Assembly (NCBI GenBank): GCA_963816345.1
Contig: CAWFKI010000005.1
Span: 2,399,572 to 2,463,571, forward strand
Direction: 5' to 3'
Length of the DNA: 64,000 nucleotides
DNA from: an uncultured Bacteroidales bacterium
GTDB lineage: Bacteria; Bacteroidota; Bacteroidia; Bacteroidales; VadinHA17
Positions 1 through 9,699 of the stretch are shown one piece after another (within the stretch, counting starts at the first letter, position 1; every line of letters begins with the position of its first letter). The notes beneath the pieces are model-generated. The model had not been told where the DNA came from and ran no database searches. It saw only the letters and a list, made by a program, of their open reading frames with translations. The position numbers were made by a program, and so were the translations under genes.

Positions 1-801
1 GATTATCATGGCGACTATGAGAGCGGACTAGTGAAAATGTCCGTCATTGGCCTGGGTAAGGAAAAGCAGGCATCGGCAATCCACAGGTACGGAGTGTATG
101 GCTTAACCGTCCTGATCACTTTAACGGCAAAGCGGATAATTTCAACCGGAAAAATAATCGGAGGCCTGGCCCTTGTCGAAAATGCATATGATGAAACAAT
201 GCTGGTTACTGCCCTGAATGCAGATGAATTCCTGGAAAAAGAACCTGCCCTGCTCGAGATTGCCCGTAAAAACATGCCGTCTCTTCCTGCAAATGATATT
301 GATCTGCTGATAATCGACAGGATGGGTAAAGATATCAGCGGGGTCGGAATTGACACGAATATTATCGGAAGGATAAAGATAACCGGACAGAAAGAACCGG
401 AAAACCCGGCCATAAAGGCAATAATGGTATCCGACCTGACTGATGGTTCACATGGAAATGCAATCGGTATTGGTCTTGCAGATGTTATTACAGGAAGACT
501 ATACGATAAAATCGATTTCTCTTCAACTTATAAAAACGGGATTACAAGCAGCTTTCTTGAAAGGGCCAAGTTACCCATAGTTGCCGGAAACGATTGTGAA
601 GCTTTTGAGATCGCATTGAGAAGCTGCGGGTTCATAAAAGAAGGCCGGGAAAAGATCATCCGTATCAAAGACACACTTCATCTCGATGATTTATATGTAT
701 CAGGGCAGGTACTTGACTCAATCCGGTCCTCCGGCAGGATAACGATCATAGAAGAGAATGCAGCACTTTTTCAGTCTGAAACTGAATTTGCCCAATTTTG
801 A
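1..801 (+). CDS. Partial CDS (5' end outside window); possibly the C-terminal part of a LarA-like (DUF2088, nickel-pincer hydroxyacid racemase/epimerase superfamily) protein
   Basis: Frame 1 is open from base 1 (DYHGDYESGLVKMSV...) to TGA at 799-801, so the listed GTG at 31 is internal. The family call rests on my recollection of LarA-like C-terminal regions and of a LarA-like/DUF1537/PdxA neighbourhood. The diagnostic N-terminal motifs lie outside the window. Confidence 0.4.
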   Translation, partial: DYHGDYESGLVKMSVIGLGKEKQASAIHRYGVYGLTVLITLTAKRIISTGKIIGGLALVENAYDETMLVTALNADEFLEKEPALLEIARKNMPSLPANDIDLLIIDRMGKDISGVGIDTNIIGRIKITGQKEPENPAIKAIMVSDLTDGSHGNAIGIGLADVITGRLYDKIDFSSTYKNGITSSFLERAKLPIVAGNDCEAFEIALRSCGFIKEGREKIIRIKDTLHLDDLYVSGQVLDSIRSSGRITIIEENAALFQSETEFAQF

Positions 802-826
802 ATATAATTGAGATTAAACCAGAGTA

Positions 827-2146
827 TTGAAAAACATGGCTCCCTTTAATGCGCATAATGAGACAGCATCAGCAAAGCTTTTAATAGTTGCCGATGATCT
901 TACAGGAGCAGGTGATACGGGCGTTCAGTTCAGCAAAAGAGCATTAAAGACCATAATAATTACTGGTAATGATCATATCAAAAACTCTCTTAATAATTGC
1001 GACGTACTTGTAGTAAATACTGACAGCAGGCCGGATCCCCGGGAAGTAGCATATAATAAAGCCTATGAAGCCGGAAAGATCGTAAAACCGGAAAACATAA
1101 AATATTTCTACAAAAAAATTGACTCTACAATGCGGGGAAATATCGGAGCCGAGATATCAGGCCTCATGGATTCCCTTGGGATCAGTCATACCTTCGTGGT
1201 TCCGGCTCTTCCCTCTTATGGGCGTACAACGCTAGACGGAAAAGTCTTTGTAAATGGGATTCCGGTAAGTGATACTGAATTTGCCCGCGATCCGCGAAAT
1301 CCGGTAAATGAATCATACATTCCGGCAATACTTTCCCGTCAGACAGATAAAAGCATGGCTTTGATAACTCTGAAGGAGGTCCGATCCGGAAGAGAAGACT
1401 TTGTTCAGAAGATAGGATCCGAAATGGCTGCGGGAGCGCAAATCATAATTATTGATGCCGCCAGCAATGAAGATCTTGATCTTATAGCCTCCGTTATTGC
1501 CGGAATCAGGGAAACCATTCTGTTTTCAGGTTGTTCGGGTCTCGCCGGGTACCTGTCAGAATACCTGGATTTTAATAAAGAGAAAAAAAGCAGCATTGTA
1601 ATTGCAGGAAGTGTGAGTGAAGTAACCAGGAAGCAGACAGAGTTTGCTGCAGATAATATGCATGTCAGCCTGGTTGATATTGAAACTTTAAAGATATTTA
1701 CGGGTGAAAAGGAGGAAGAAAGAAAGCGGATTTTAGAGCTGGTAAGGGAAGCCTGCCTCCGGGGAGAGGATCTGATATTAAGAAGCGCCCCCACTGCTGA
1801 AGCCGTATCCGGAAGTGTTGAGAAAGGAAAAGAGACCGGCCTCGGCAGGTCTGAAGTAAGCGGGCTGATTGCGTTATTTCTTGGGGAAATTGCCAGGGAT
1901 ATAATCCTGAAATTCAGAATCAGGGGGATGCTTCTCACAGGCGGTGATACTGCTATAAAAGCTGCGAAATGTCTTAATGTTTCAGGCATTATCATCATGG
2001 ATGAGATACTGCACAGTATCCCTTATGGATATTTTGCAGATGAACAGTATAAAGACATAATAATTGTTACAAAAGCCGGGGGATTTGGTAGTGAAGATGC
2101 CATATTTCAGGTCCTGAACTTCTTAAAAAATTACAGACACAGATGA
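827..2146 (+). CDS. Four-carbon acid sugar kinase family protein (DUF1537, OtnK/DtnK type)
   Basis: 439-aa ORF with N-terminal 'LIVADDLTGAGDTGVQF' and C-terminal 'LLTGGDTA' motifs typical of DUF1537 kinases. Its stop overlaps the next start (ATGA at 2143-2146). The listed start is TTG; an ATG follows at 836. Confidence 0.85.
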   Translation: MKNMAPFNAHNETASAKLLIVADDLTGAGDTGVQFSKRALKTIIITGNDHIKNSLNNCDVLVVNTDSRPDPREVAYNKAYEAGKIVKPENIKYFYKKIDSTMRGNIGAEISGLMDSLGISHTFVVPALPSYGRTTLDGKVFVNGIPVSDTEFARDPRNPVNESYIPAILSRQTDKSMALITLKEVRSGREDFVQKIGSEMAAGAQIIIIDAASNEDLDLIASVIAGIRETILFSGCSGLAGYLSEYLDFNKEKKSSIVIAGSVSEVTRKQTEFAADNMHVSLVDIETLKIFTGEKEEERKRILELVREACLRGEDLILRSAPTAEAVSGSVEKGKETGLGRSEVSGLIALFLGEIARDIILKFRIRGMLLTGGDTAIKAAKCLNVSGIIIMDEILHSIPYGYFADEQYKDIIIVTKAGGFGSEDAIFQVLNFLKNYRHR

Positions 2147-3135
2147 TCCGCGTCAAAAGAACAATAGTAGGAATAACAATGGGTGATCCTTCGGGAATAG
2201 GTCCTGAAATCATTCTTAAAAGCTTTGAAAATCCTGAGATAAGGGCCTGTGCAATTATTGTTATTGGTGATTTCAGGGTTATGAAGGCTGCTTATGAAAT
2301 GCTAAAAATAAAATCATATGAACTGAACAGCGTGCCTGATATAACAAATGTCCGGTTCAAACCATCTGTTCTGAACATCCTCGATCTGAATCTTATGAGT
2401 GTGGAAGATATTCATCCCGGCACTGTTCAGGCGGCTTCGGGCGCTGCCGCCTTTCGATGTATAAAAAAAGCTGTTGAGCTTGTCAGGAACAAAGAAATAG
2501 ACTGCATCACCACTGCCCCTTTAAATAAAGAGGCTCTTTACCTTGCCGGATATAATTATCCGGGACATACCGAAATTCTGGCCGGCCTTACAGAGACAAA
2601 AGATTATGCAATGCTTCTTTACGATAAAAGGCTTAGTGTAATTCATGTCTCAACCCATGTCTCTCTTATGCAAGCACTTACCGGACTTAAGAGGGAGCGG
2701 ATTGAAAAAGTGATAGAGCTGGCAGATGGTGCAATGAAGAAGCTGAAAAACGGGGCTCCGAGGATTGCAGTTGCCGGTATAAATCCTCACGCCGGAGAAA
2801 ACGGTCTTTTCGGAACTGAAGAGCAGGAGATTATCAGACCGGCTGTCATGAACATGAAACAAAGAGGGATAAATGTTACCGGCCCTGTTCCTCCTGACAC
2901 CGTATTTTTGCAGGCAGTGCAGGGAAACTTTGATGTTGTTGTTGCAATGTATCATGATCAGGGACACATTCCCCTGAAGCTGCTTGGATTCAGCTCCGGT
3001 GTAAATGTTACAGTGGGACTTCCGTTTATAAGGACATCCGTAGATCATGGTACTGCCTTCGAAATAGCGTGGAAAGGCATTGCAAATGAAGAAAGTATGA
3101 TAAATGCGATAATGCTGTCAATAAAACTGGCTTAA
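2143..3135 (+). CDS. pdxA: PdxA-family NAD-dependent 4-phospho-hydroxyacid dehydrogenase (PdxA2-like in this context)
   Basis: 330 aa with 'NYPGHTEILA', 'MYHDQGHIPLK' and 'IRTSVDHGTAF' motifs characteristic of PdxA. Translationally coupled to the DUF1537 kinase. Confidence 0.85.
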   Translation: MIRVKRTIVGITMGDPSGIGPEIILKSFENPEIRACAIIVIGDFRVMKAAYEMLKIKSYELNSVPDITNVRFKPSVLNILDLNLMSVEDIHPGTVQAASGAAAFRCIKKAVELVRNKEIDCITTAPLNKEALYLAGYNYPGHTEILAGLTETKDYAMLLYDKRLSVIHVSTHVSLMQALTGLKRERIEKVIELADGAMKKLKNGAPRIAVAGINPHAGENGLFGTEEQEIIRPAVMNMKQRGINVTGPVPPDTVFLQAVQGNFDVVVAMYHDQGHIPLKLLGFSSGVNVTVGLPFIRTSVDHGTAFEIAWKGIANEESMINAIMLSIKLA

Positions 3136-3255
3136 TAACTGTTCCGGTGACACTTATAAAATAGTATCTTTACCAATCATTTTCGGGGATGTAGGGTGAA
3201 AAAAAATTGAGTATATTTTATTGTTAAGCATCATCAGGATCTAAAATTAATTTAT

Positions 3256-4152
3256 ATGGAAAAGTCGAACCGTCGTGAATTTATTCAGAAGAGTGTGGCC
3301 GGACTGGCCGGATTAGCTGCACTTTCATCAGGTTTTAAAGGTTTTGATCCGGGATCAGCCCTTGCAGAAATAGATAAAGTGGCTCTTGGTAATACCGGTC
3401 TGACAGTATCGCGTGTTGCCTTTGGGACTGGCTCAGCCGGCTGGAAACATGTCTCCAACCAGACAAGGCTGGGTATGAAAAAGTTTGTGGAGCTCTCCCG
3501 GCATGCTTACGACCGGGGGATAAAGTTTTTTGATACAGCTGATATGTATGGTTCTCACACTTATGTGCGCGAAGCTCTGAAGGTGATCCCCCGCGATAAG
3601 GTTACGATCCTCACAAAGGTAATGACATATAATCAGGAAGGCTGGTATACCACCGAGCCATTCCAGACAAGTCTCGACCGCTTCAGAAAAGAGATAGGCA
3701 CCGACTATTTTGATATCTTCCTTATGCACTGCATGACAAATGGCAAGTGGCCGACGGAATACAGAAAATATATGGATGGACTCTCCGAGGCAAAGCAAAA
3801 AGGAATAATCAAGGCAGTGGGTATCTCATGCCACGATATGGATGCTATGAGAGAGGCCGCAAATAATCCATGGGTCGATGTGCTTCTTGCAAGGATCAAT
3901 AACAAGGGGCCAAAGATGGATGGGACTCCTGAAGAGGTTGCGAAGGTTCTGGAAACTGCCCGTAAAAACGGGAAAGGAGTGATAGCCATGAAAGTTTTTG
4001 GCATGGGAGATCTTATTCAGGATGATCAGAGGGAAAAATCCCTGAACTTTGTTATCAAAAGCGGAAATGTACACTGTATGACCCTGGGTCTTGAGAGCAA
4101 TGAACAGGTTGATGATGCTGTAAGCAGGGTGATGAGGATCGTGAAAGCCTGA
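3256..4152 (+). CDS. Aldo/keto reductase with twin-arginine (TAT) signal peptide
   Basis: The N-terminus 'SNRREFIQKSVAGLAGLAALSSG' fits the TAT consensus. The body has AKR hallmarks ('LGNTGLTVSRVAFGTG', 'FFDTADMYGS'). Confidence 0.8.
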   Translation: MEKSNRREFIQKSVAGLAGLAALSSGFKGFDPGSALAEIDKVALGNTGLTVSRVAFGTGSAGWKHVSNQTRLGMKKFVELSRHAYDRGIKFFDTADMYGSHTYVREALKVIPRDKVTILTKVMTYNQEGWYTTEPFQTSLDRFRKEIGTDYFDIFLMHCMTNGKWPTEYRKYMDGLSEAKQKGIIKAVGISCHDMDAMREAANNPWVDVLLARINNKGPKMDGTPEEVAKVLETARKNGKGVIAMKVFGMGDLIQDDQREKSLNFVIKSGNVHCMTLGLESNEQVDDAVSRVMRIVKA

Positions 4153-4164
4153 AAATTTTTATTA

Positions 4165-5601
4165 TCACTTCACTTTCCACAGTTTCAACGCAATATCCTC
4201 AGTATAGGCAGGAGATGTGATCTGCATCCAGCCACCTTTATGACTGACTGCAGGAGCCTGGTTTTCAATACCTGTTTTCGTATCTGTCCATGCAATGTTG
4301 TATAAGCCCGGCAACAGTTCCACTTCAAGCTCCGATGCCATATTAACCGTATCTTTTCTGTGAAGATATATCGCATACAGATCATCTTTCCCTGCAAGTG
4401 CCTGCAATGATGTATTATATGCGTCGGTAAGCCTGATCTTTTCACCATTCAAAGGTTTCATGCTTATATAATCCAATGATTTCATAAATTCTGCCAGTAT
4501 CCTGAACTGATTACGCAGAGTTTTACCTCCCCCACCAGGTTGCCCCGGCTCAATCTTATAAGTACCATCCTCATTATCTGTAGTAAACGAATAATCGAGG
4601 TGATCAAAAAGGCCGCCACCGGCAAGGAGGAAGGCCCATGCTTCTGTCCTGTAATTTGAATCCCCGATGCCGTCAAAACCTGTTTCATTGTCTCCTATCA
4701 CTTTATTAAGATGATAGTTCATTTCAACAGTAAGCGGCGGTCTGGCATAGTGAAAATTATAGATTGAAACTCCCTGACGGGGCTCAGCAACAAGCTTGTG
4801 ACTATTGGCTATATTATTAGATATAAGATGTTTATATTTAAATTCTTTTTCTTCTTCTATCACCACCTCCGTCATATGAGCTTCCCAGTCCCTGAGAGCG
4901 ACTGTATCACCGAAGTAGGGTTCATTGCAGACTTCATAATACAGATTATCAAAGTCCTTTAGTTCGTGAATGATCTTTCTTACCATGTTTTCCTGGACAC
5001 TTACAACTTCCGGATGTTTCAGTGAAAGGACCTCCTTATGATCCTTAATATCACCGACACGGTTTATATTATTCAGGATATTCAATGGCGATAATTTCCA
5101 TTGCACAGTATCATAGTAATTCGAGAAGAGATCAAGCTCAACCACAATGTTTCTCTTTCCGGCTTCGGAAATAAAATCTTTTAGCCGCTTAAAATAAGCC
5201 TCATCCCACTCCGAGAGATCAAATTTATTCCCCCCGTTGGCGTATCCCGGCCGGGTACTTCTTGACCATGGACAAATATATCTTCCCGGTGCAGGCGCCA
5301 GAGTGTTCTTCTTTATACCAAATGCTTCGGGAGGTTCGACGTAAGCACCTGAAAAAGTGCGGGTAACATTAAATCCCGATCCGGCAATTTCATCCAGGTA
5401 AGTAATATAATTAAAATCGAGGTTCATTACTGCACCATAGTGTTCGGTTGAACCAATTAATATGGCAGGGTTTCCCCGGAAAAGGAAATAGTGAGGATTT
5501 TCCGGATTAAGCGAAAGGGGAACCCGCTCATTTTTTGTTCCTGAACAGGATAAAAGAGAAAGAAGGCACATAAATAAAAAAGCCGGCCTGATATAATTCA
5601 T
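4165..5601 (-). CDS. Clan GH-A (GH5-like) glycoside hydrolase lipoprotein
   Basis: Signal peptide with lipobox 'LLSCSG'. 'YYEVCNEPYFG' is an N-E-P acid/base motif and 'IGDNETGFDG' is a candidate nucleophile strand. Exact family not resolvable by eye. Confidence 0.55.
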   Translation of the reverse strand: MNYIRPAFLFMCLLSLLSCSGTKNERVPLSLNPENPHYFLFRGNPAILIGSTEHYGAVMNLDFNYITYLDEIAGSGFNVTRTFSGAYVEPPEAFGIKKNTLAPAPGRYICPWSRSTRPGYANGGNKFDLSEWDEAYFKRLKDFISEAGKRNIVVELDLFSNYYDTVQWKLSPLNILNNINRVGDIKDHKEVLSLKHPEVVSVQENMVRKIIHELKDFDNLYYEVCNEPYFGDTVALRDWEAHMTEVVIEEEKEFKYKHLISNNIANSHKLVAEPRQGVSIYNFHYARPPLTVEMNYHLNKVIGDNETGFDGIGDSNYRTEAWAFLLAGGGLFDHLDYSFTTDNEDGTYKIEPGQPGGGGKTLRNQFRILAEFMKSLDYISMKPLNGEKIRLTDAYNTSLQALAGKDDLYAIYLHRKDTVNMASELEVELLPGLYNIAWTDTKTGIENQAPAVSHKGGWMQITSPAYTEDIALKLWKVK

Positions 5602-5650
5602 AACTGTACTGTTTTGGTTCTGTATTTATTCAATCATTACGAATTGCCAA

Positions 5651-6418
5651 TCATTTATCTGCCATGGGTGCAATCTGCCCGGATGATATTACTCCTGAAG
5701 GTAACTCAATAATTCTTATATTCCTGAAATGTATCTCTCCTCCTTCCGATTCAAGACAGATGTAGCCTTTCCTCTGAGATGATGCTGAAATTCCGTTTAC
5801 AAATTTCCCATTCACCGATAGCTTAATCACGCCGTCGATGCAGACAACATCATATACATTCCACTCTCCTTTGCCCTTGCATCTGTTTTCAATTGATTTG
5901 CTTCTGGTGCCTCTGGGATTATCCGGGAGAGTCACCACACCTCCCACCCCAAAAAGTTCACCATGAACATATGCTTCAGGAGGTGTTACTCCATCTTTTT
6001 TATTCAGATTTATCCAGTCGAGCTCAAGCATCTGTACCTCCACTCCGTCAGGAAGACGGCTTTCTTCAGCCGGTCTTGCGGCACTCCATACGAAGGTTCC
6101 TGAATTGCCTCCCGATTCCATATGCATCCATTCAATGTGCAGAATGAAATTCTCATACTGTTTTTCTGACCTCATTACTCCGATAGGATGACCTGAACAG
6201 ACCAGTATATCCTTATCAACACGCCATGTGTCAGGCGAAGTGTTTACATTCTTCCAGAGTAAAGGCAGATCTTTCTCCCTGTTCATTGAGAGAGCTTTAT
6301 AAAGGCTCTCGGATTTTCCAAAAGAGATAATAGTTTCCTGCGCGAGGGATTCAATCCGGGAGGCTGTCAAGCATGACAGGCACAGCAGGATGATAATCAG
6401 AATCTTAAAATTTCTCAT
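5651..6418 (-). CDS. DUF1080 (3-keto-disaccharide hydrolase family) secreted protein
   Basis: Signal peptide. 'W..D..ILVCSG', '[10 protein letters not shown]' and the C-terminal '[13 protein letters not shown]' match the DUF1080 pattern. Confidence 0.8.
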   Translation of the reverse strand: MRNFKILIIILLCLSCLTASRIESLAQETIISFGKSESLYKALSMNREKDLPLLWKNVNTSPDTWRVDKDILVCSGHPIGVMRSEKQYENFILHIEWMHMESGGNSGTFVWSAARPAEESRLPDGVEVQMLELDWINLNKKDGVTPPEAYVHGELFGVGGVVTLPDNPRGTRSKSIENRCKGKGEWNVYDVVCIDGVIKLSVNGKFVNGISASSQRKGYICLESEGGEIHFRNIRIIELPSGVISSGQIAPMADK

Positions 6419-6666
6419 ATTATAGAATTTATGATCTGAAAGTACAATTTATTTTGCACCAGAGCAACATAATCACAATAGCTATCTAAAATTTTATTGC
6501 TTCCTGTATTCCTTAAACCCTTATCCGTTATGAAATTAGATGTAAAAAAAAATTTGGTGGTGCAAACCCTTTCCCCCCCGGGGGAAATAAGAAAGGGGGT
6601 AAAAACGTGCAGAATAGGCCTGACCCTTCATGGTCACTTTCATCATGTTGCCCGTCATCTCAGTTT

Positions 6667-9645
6667 TTACCTTTCGGTTTCACGAAGATAAAATAACCAT
6701 CCTTTTTTAGGTTCAACAGGAATAGATTCCCCGGATTTGAAAACTCTCTCTTCCTGGAAATCCTTAATGTAAGGGGCAACAAGGGCAGCTTTGGTGGAAT
6801 CCAGTCCGAGCGCTTTCCAGTCAAAATGAAGTGAGAACGTTGCCGTCTCCTCAGCCCAGCTTCCAACTGATATCAGAGATTCTCCATTTTTCTGATAGAC
6901 AGTTGCTTTAATATCAGTGCGATCAGTTTTTACAGGACAGTCCTTCTCCCAGTATCCTTTCATAATTGAAGATTCAATACCAAATTCATCCCAGATTTTC
7001 CAGACAGGTCTTGGATCGCACCTCACTCCTTCGGTCAACCAGGGATGACGCACAGTCATGCCATAAACCATCCCCAGCCACCTGTTTCCTCCTCCCTGGA
7101 GCATATCTCCCATCAATCCGAAAGGAATCCCTGATACTTCAACGAGCCAGTTTTCAGGTGGCATATTATCGTATTGAAAACTCTCTCCAAACCATAGTTT
7201 ATCAACAAATGGAAAATACTCGGCGTATTGGTTTGCCGGCCCCTTTGAAAAACCTGTATTGGAATGCAGGTCAATCAGGCAGCCGGCTTTTTCCCTGTCC
7301 AGAACCTTTCTGATCCGCTTTACAGTGCGTCTGTCATAAGTAACATCATCGAGGTAAAGACCGTCAATATCAACGTTTCTAACCAACCACGAAAGTCCTT
7401 CAATATAATAGTTATACCATCTTGAATCTCCAGGGGCACTAAGTATTGAAGCATCTGCACTTTTATCCTCGAAATGCTGATACCATTGAGGATTGTAGCC
7501 CTCAATCAGGTGTTCACGCAACCAGGGAAAGCCCCCGCACTTACCATTGCCAAGTATTTCATCACCAAGGCTGCGAAGTGCCCATATTTCAGTAGTATAA
7601 TTAGTAAGTTCGCGGATTGTGTAGTAGATTTTCACTTTTTGTCCCTTGCTGTGCATCCTGTTCACAAACCATTTCATTGAGTCCACCGCAATAAAAGGAT
7701 AATTGATATGAGGATTGTAATTGTTGGCATGATGAAGGTTTACTATTTTTACCCCGCAGGCGAGATCAGAATCCGGGGGCATCGGTTTCTCTCCGTTATG
7801 ATAATATCTGTCAGAAAACTGACTCTTATAATTTATCTTCTTAACCGGCGTAATGAGTAACGACCACTCAAATTCCACTTTTTCACCGCTTTTCATGTCA
7901 CGTTCGCCACTATAAACTACAGCTTTTACCTCTCTTGGATCCTTTTTAATACTGAAGCCTCCCCGGCCTTCATTATACCATGATGAAGGAAAGGCCGGAT
8001 GGTAAAGGTTCAGGAGAGGGCCATGATAGCTGCTTCCCCTTAATTCACACCAGATCCCGGCAGATGTATTTCCGATCCAGAAACTGTCATGGGGCCCTTT
8101 CCAGCCTGATTGATGTTCCTGAGGAACAATTGTCCCCGGCAAACCCATTCCTATCATATATTCAGCAATGCTTTCTGAAAATGGTAATTCAAGCCGGATA
8201 TCCTTTATATTCAGATCCCTCAGGGCTGTAAGCGATACTTTATAATTAATGTATCCATCCGACTCAATAATACCAACACCATTCAATAAAATATTCCCCG
8301 AATGGCTTTTCCAGGAACCGCTCATTGCTCCAGGTTCATTTTTCAGCAGGGCAACATCTTCAGGCAAAGAGAATTGTTCTGTTCCGTTCTTTGTTTCGAC
8401 AACAAATGAGAGAGGACGAGCCAAGATTTCTGTACCTGATACCTTAATTGATCCCGGCATTCCTCCCGGATCCATAGTCAGTTTTTTATCTGTAAGCCGG
8501 TAAACATTGTTTCCCATGAATTCAATTGCATCATAGGGCTTTGTTGGCTTATCGTCAATACCCAGAGTTGAGTTCAGCCAGCGAAGACGGGAATGTCTCC
8601 ATGGCTCGCTGTCGCCACGATCTGCAAGTATTTTTTTCAGAATCTTAAGATTGATCTCCAGGACCTGAGGATCAGCGTTTTCAGGCCTTATGATTATTCT
8701 TCCCGTGTAGTTACCGGCAGGAATATTTTCCGGTATATCAATACCGATCCAGAGTGGCTGAACAGCTCCCTTAAGTACATCAACCCTCTTTTCGAATGAC
8801 CTTCCGTAAGGTCCTGTCCCCCCCGTGTTGAAGCAGGTAAGTGCTGATGCCGGAATATTGTAACTGCTGTTTTCAAGAGATGAAAATTCAACTTTTACAT
8901 TCATCAATTCCTTCTTCGAGGCATATACTCCGATCTGAAATGCATAATATTCGTTCCGGAGGGCTTCCCCGCTGAACTTTCCCGATGGTCCTCTCTCAAC
9001 CCATTTCAGTGGTATTTCGTCTTTCATCCTTACAGGGAAAGTTCTATCCTCCGGAAAGATCAGGTAGTCACTTGTAAATTTCGTGAGTAAGCTCTTCTTT
9101 TCTGAAGAGAGAGGAATAATTTCCATGGGATAGAAAGAGTCAAAAGCTGTCCTGGATTGAAATCCGGTGAGTTTTGCCAAAGAAAAGGATTTGAGTTTCG
9201 ACATATCTCCAGCCTTATTCAAATTAACCCATTTTCCTGAAGGTGATTTTTCAGGTTTCAGATAGTCTTTCCCATAAAATCCCCAGTCCTTCTGAACCTC
9301 ATACGGCAGATAGTAGAAATAGTATGTCCCGGCCTTTTTAACTGGCCCGAAAGCCAGACGGCAACGCTCATTAGTTACAGAATAACGTAAAATGTTTTCA
9401 ATGGTATCACCTGTTGAAGCTTCAACAATTATGAACCGTTTCTTCTGAGGATCCTTATCATGTCTTCTCCAGAGGATATCAAGAATTGCAACCTGATTTG
9501 CCCTGGATATCTCAAGGACTGCCCTGTGGTTTCCGAAAGATTCAGGCCAGAGTATTTCAGGCACTGAATAGGACGAATACTTTGGTTTTTCACTTCGCCC
9601 GACAATTGTCAGAGACAAAAGGAGAACCGAAATTAATATTTTCAT
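6667..9645 (-). CDS. Large secreted uncharacterised GH-like protein (paralogue of 23164-25791)
   Basis: The long ORF starts at a GTG at 9675. The ATG at 9645 gives the signal peptide 'MKILISVLLLSLTIVG'. It shares long collinear motifs with the 875-aa protein ('WLNSTLG.DD', 'HHA', 'DG.Y.DD', 'EVSGIPFGL', 'GGGN.W.GMVYG', 'GYW...CPVKT'). The family name is not certain. Confidence 0.6.
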   Translation of the reverse strand: MKILISVLLLSLTIVGRSEKPKYSSYSVPEILWPESFGNHRAVLEISRANQVAILDILWRRHDKDPQKKRFIIVEASTGDTIENILRYSVTNERCRLAFGPVKKAGTYYFYYLPYEVQKDWGFYGKDYLKPEKSPSGKWVNLNKAGDMSKLKSFSLAKLTGFQSRTAFDSFYPMEIIPLSSEKKSLLTKFTSDYLIFPEDRTFPVRMKDEIPLKWVERGPSGKFSGEALRNEYYAFQIGVYASKKELMNVKVEFSSLENSSYNIPASALTCFNTGGTGPYGRSFEKRVDVLKGAVQPLWIGIDIPENIPAGNYTGRIIIRPENADPQVLEINLKILKKILADRGDSEPWRHSRLRWLNSTLGIDDKPTKPYDAIEFMGNNVYRLTDKKLTMDPGGMPGSIKVSGTEILARPLSFVVETKNGTEQFSLPEDVALLKNEPGAMSGSWKSHSGNILLNGVGIIESDGYINYKVSLTALRDLNIKDIRLELPFSESIAEYMIGMGLPGTIVPQEHQSGWKGPHDSFWIGNTSAGIWCELRGSSYHGPLLNLYHPAFPSSWYNEGRGGFSIKKDPREVKAVVYSGERDMKSGEKVEFEWSLLITPVKKINYKSQFSDRYYHNGEKPMPPDSDLACGVKIVNLHHANNYNPHINYPFIAVDSMKWFVNRMHSKGQKVKIYYTIRELTNYTTEIWALRSLGDEILGNGKCGGFPWLREHLIEGYNPQWYQHFEDKSADASILSAPGDSRWYNYYIEGLSWLVRNVDIDGLYLDDVTYDRRTVKRIRKVLDREKAGCLIDLHSNTGFSKGPANQYAEYFPFVDKLWFGESFQYDNMPPENWLVEVSGIPFGLMGDMLQGGGNRWLGMVYGMTVRHPWLTEGVRCDPRPVWKIWDEFGIESSIMKGYWEKDCPVKTDRTDIKATVYQKNGESLISVGSWAEETATFSLHFDWKALGLDSTKAALVAPYIKDFQEERVFKSGESIPVEPKKGWLFYLRETER

Positions 9646-9699
9646 ACTGTACTTTTTACTTAAATTAAATCGCACCTGGATTCTGAAGTAACATCGTAT

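Noticed and set aside
1405-1998. A 197-aa ORF antisense to the DUF1537 kinase. Similar long antisense ORFs occur at 20604-21167, 26384-27040, 61123-61656 and 62609-63175.
   Set aside because: Each lies entirely inside a well-supported gene on the other strand. They have low-complexity, Ser/Pro/Arg-rich composition and no recognisable motifs. They are shadow ORFs.
6545-6600. A rho-independent terminator after the large GH-like gene (1002-aa ORF, 6667-9645): a C/G-run hairpin 'TTTCCCCC..GGGGGAAA' plus a T9 run on the minus strand.
   Set aside because: The loop is too tight, and the T-run lies about 15-20 nt away from the stem rather than adjacent to it. This is not a canonical intrinsic terminator. 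It may still matter, but it is unsupported.
6497-6866. Small ORFs 6497-6691 (+) and 6660-6866 (-) around the intergenic region.
   Set aside because: One lies in a homopolymer-rich intergenic tract. The other is out of frame within the 3' end of the large GH-like gene (1002-aa ORF). Neither shows motifs or a start-site context.
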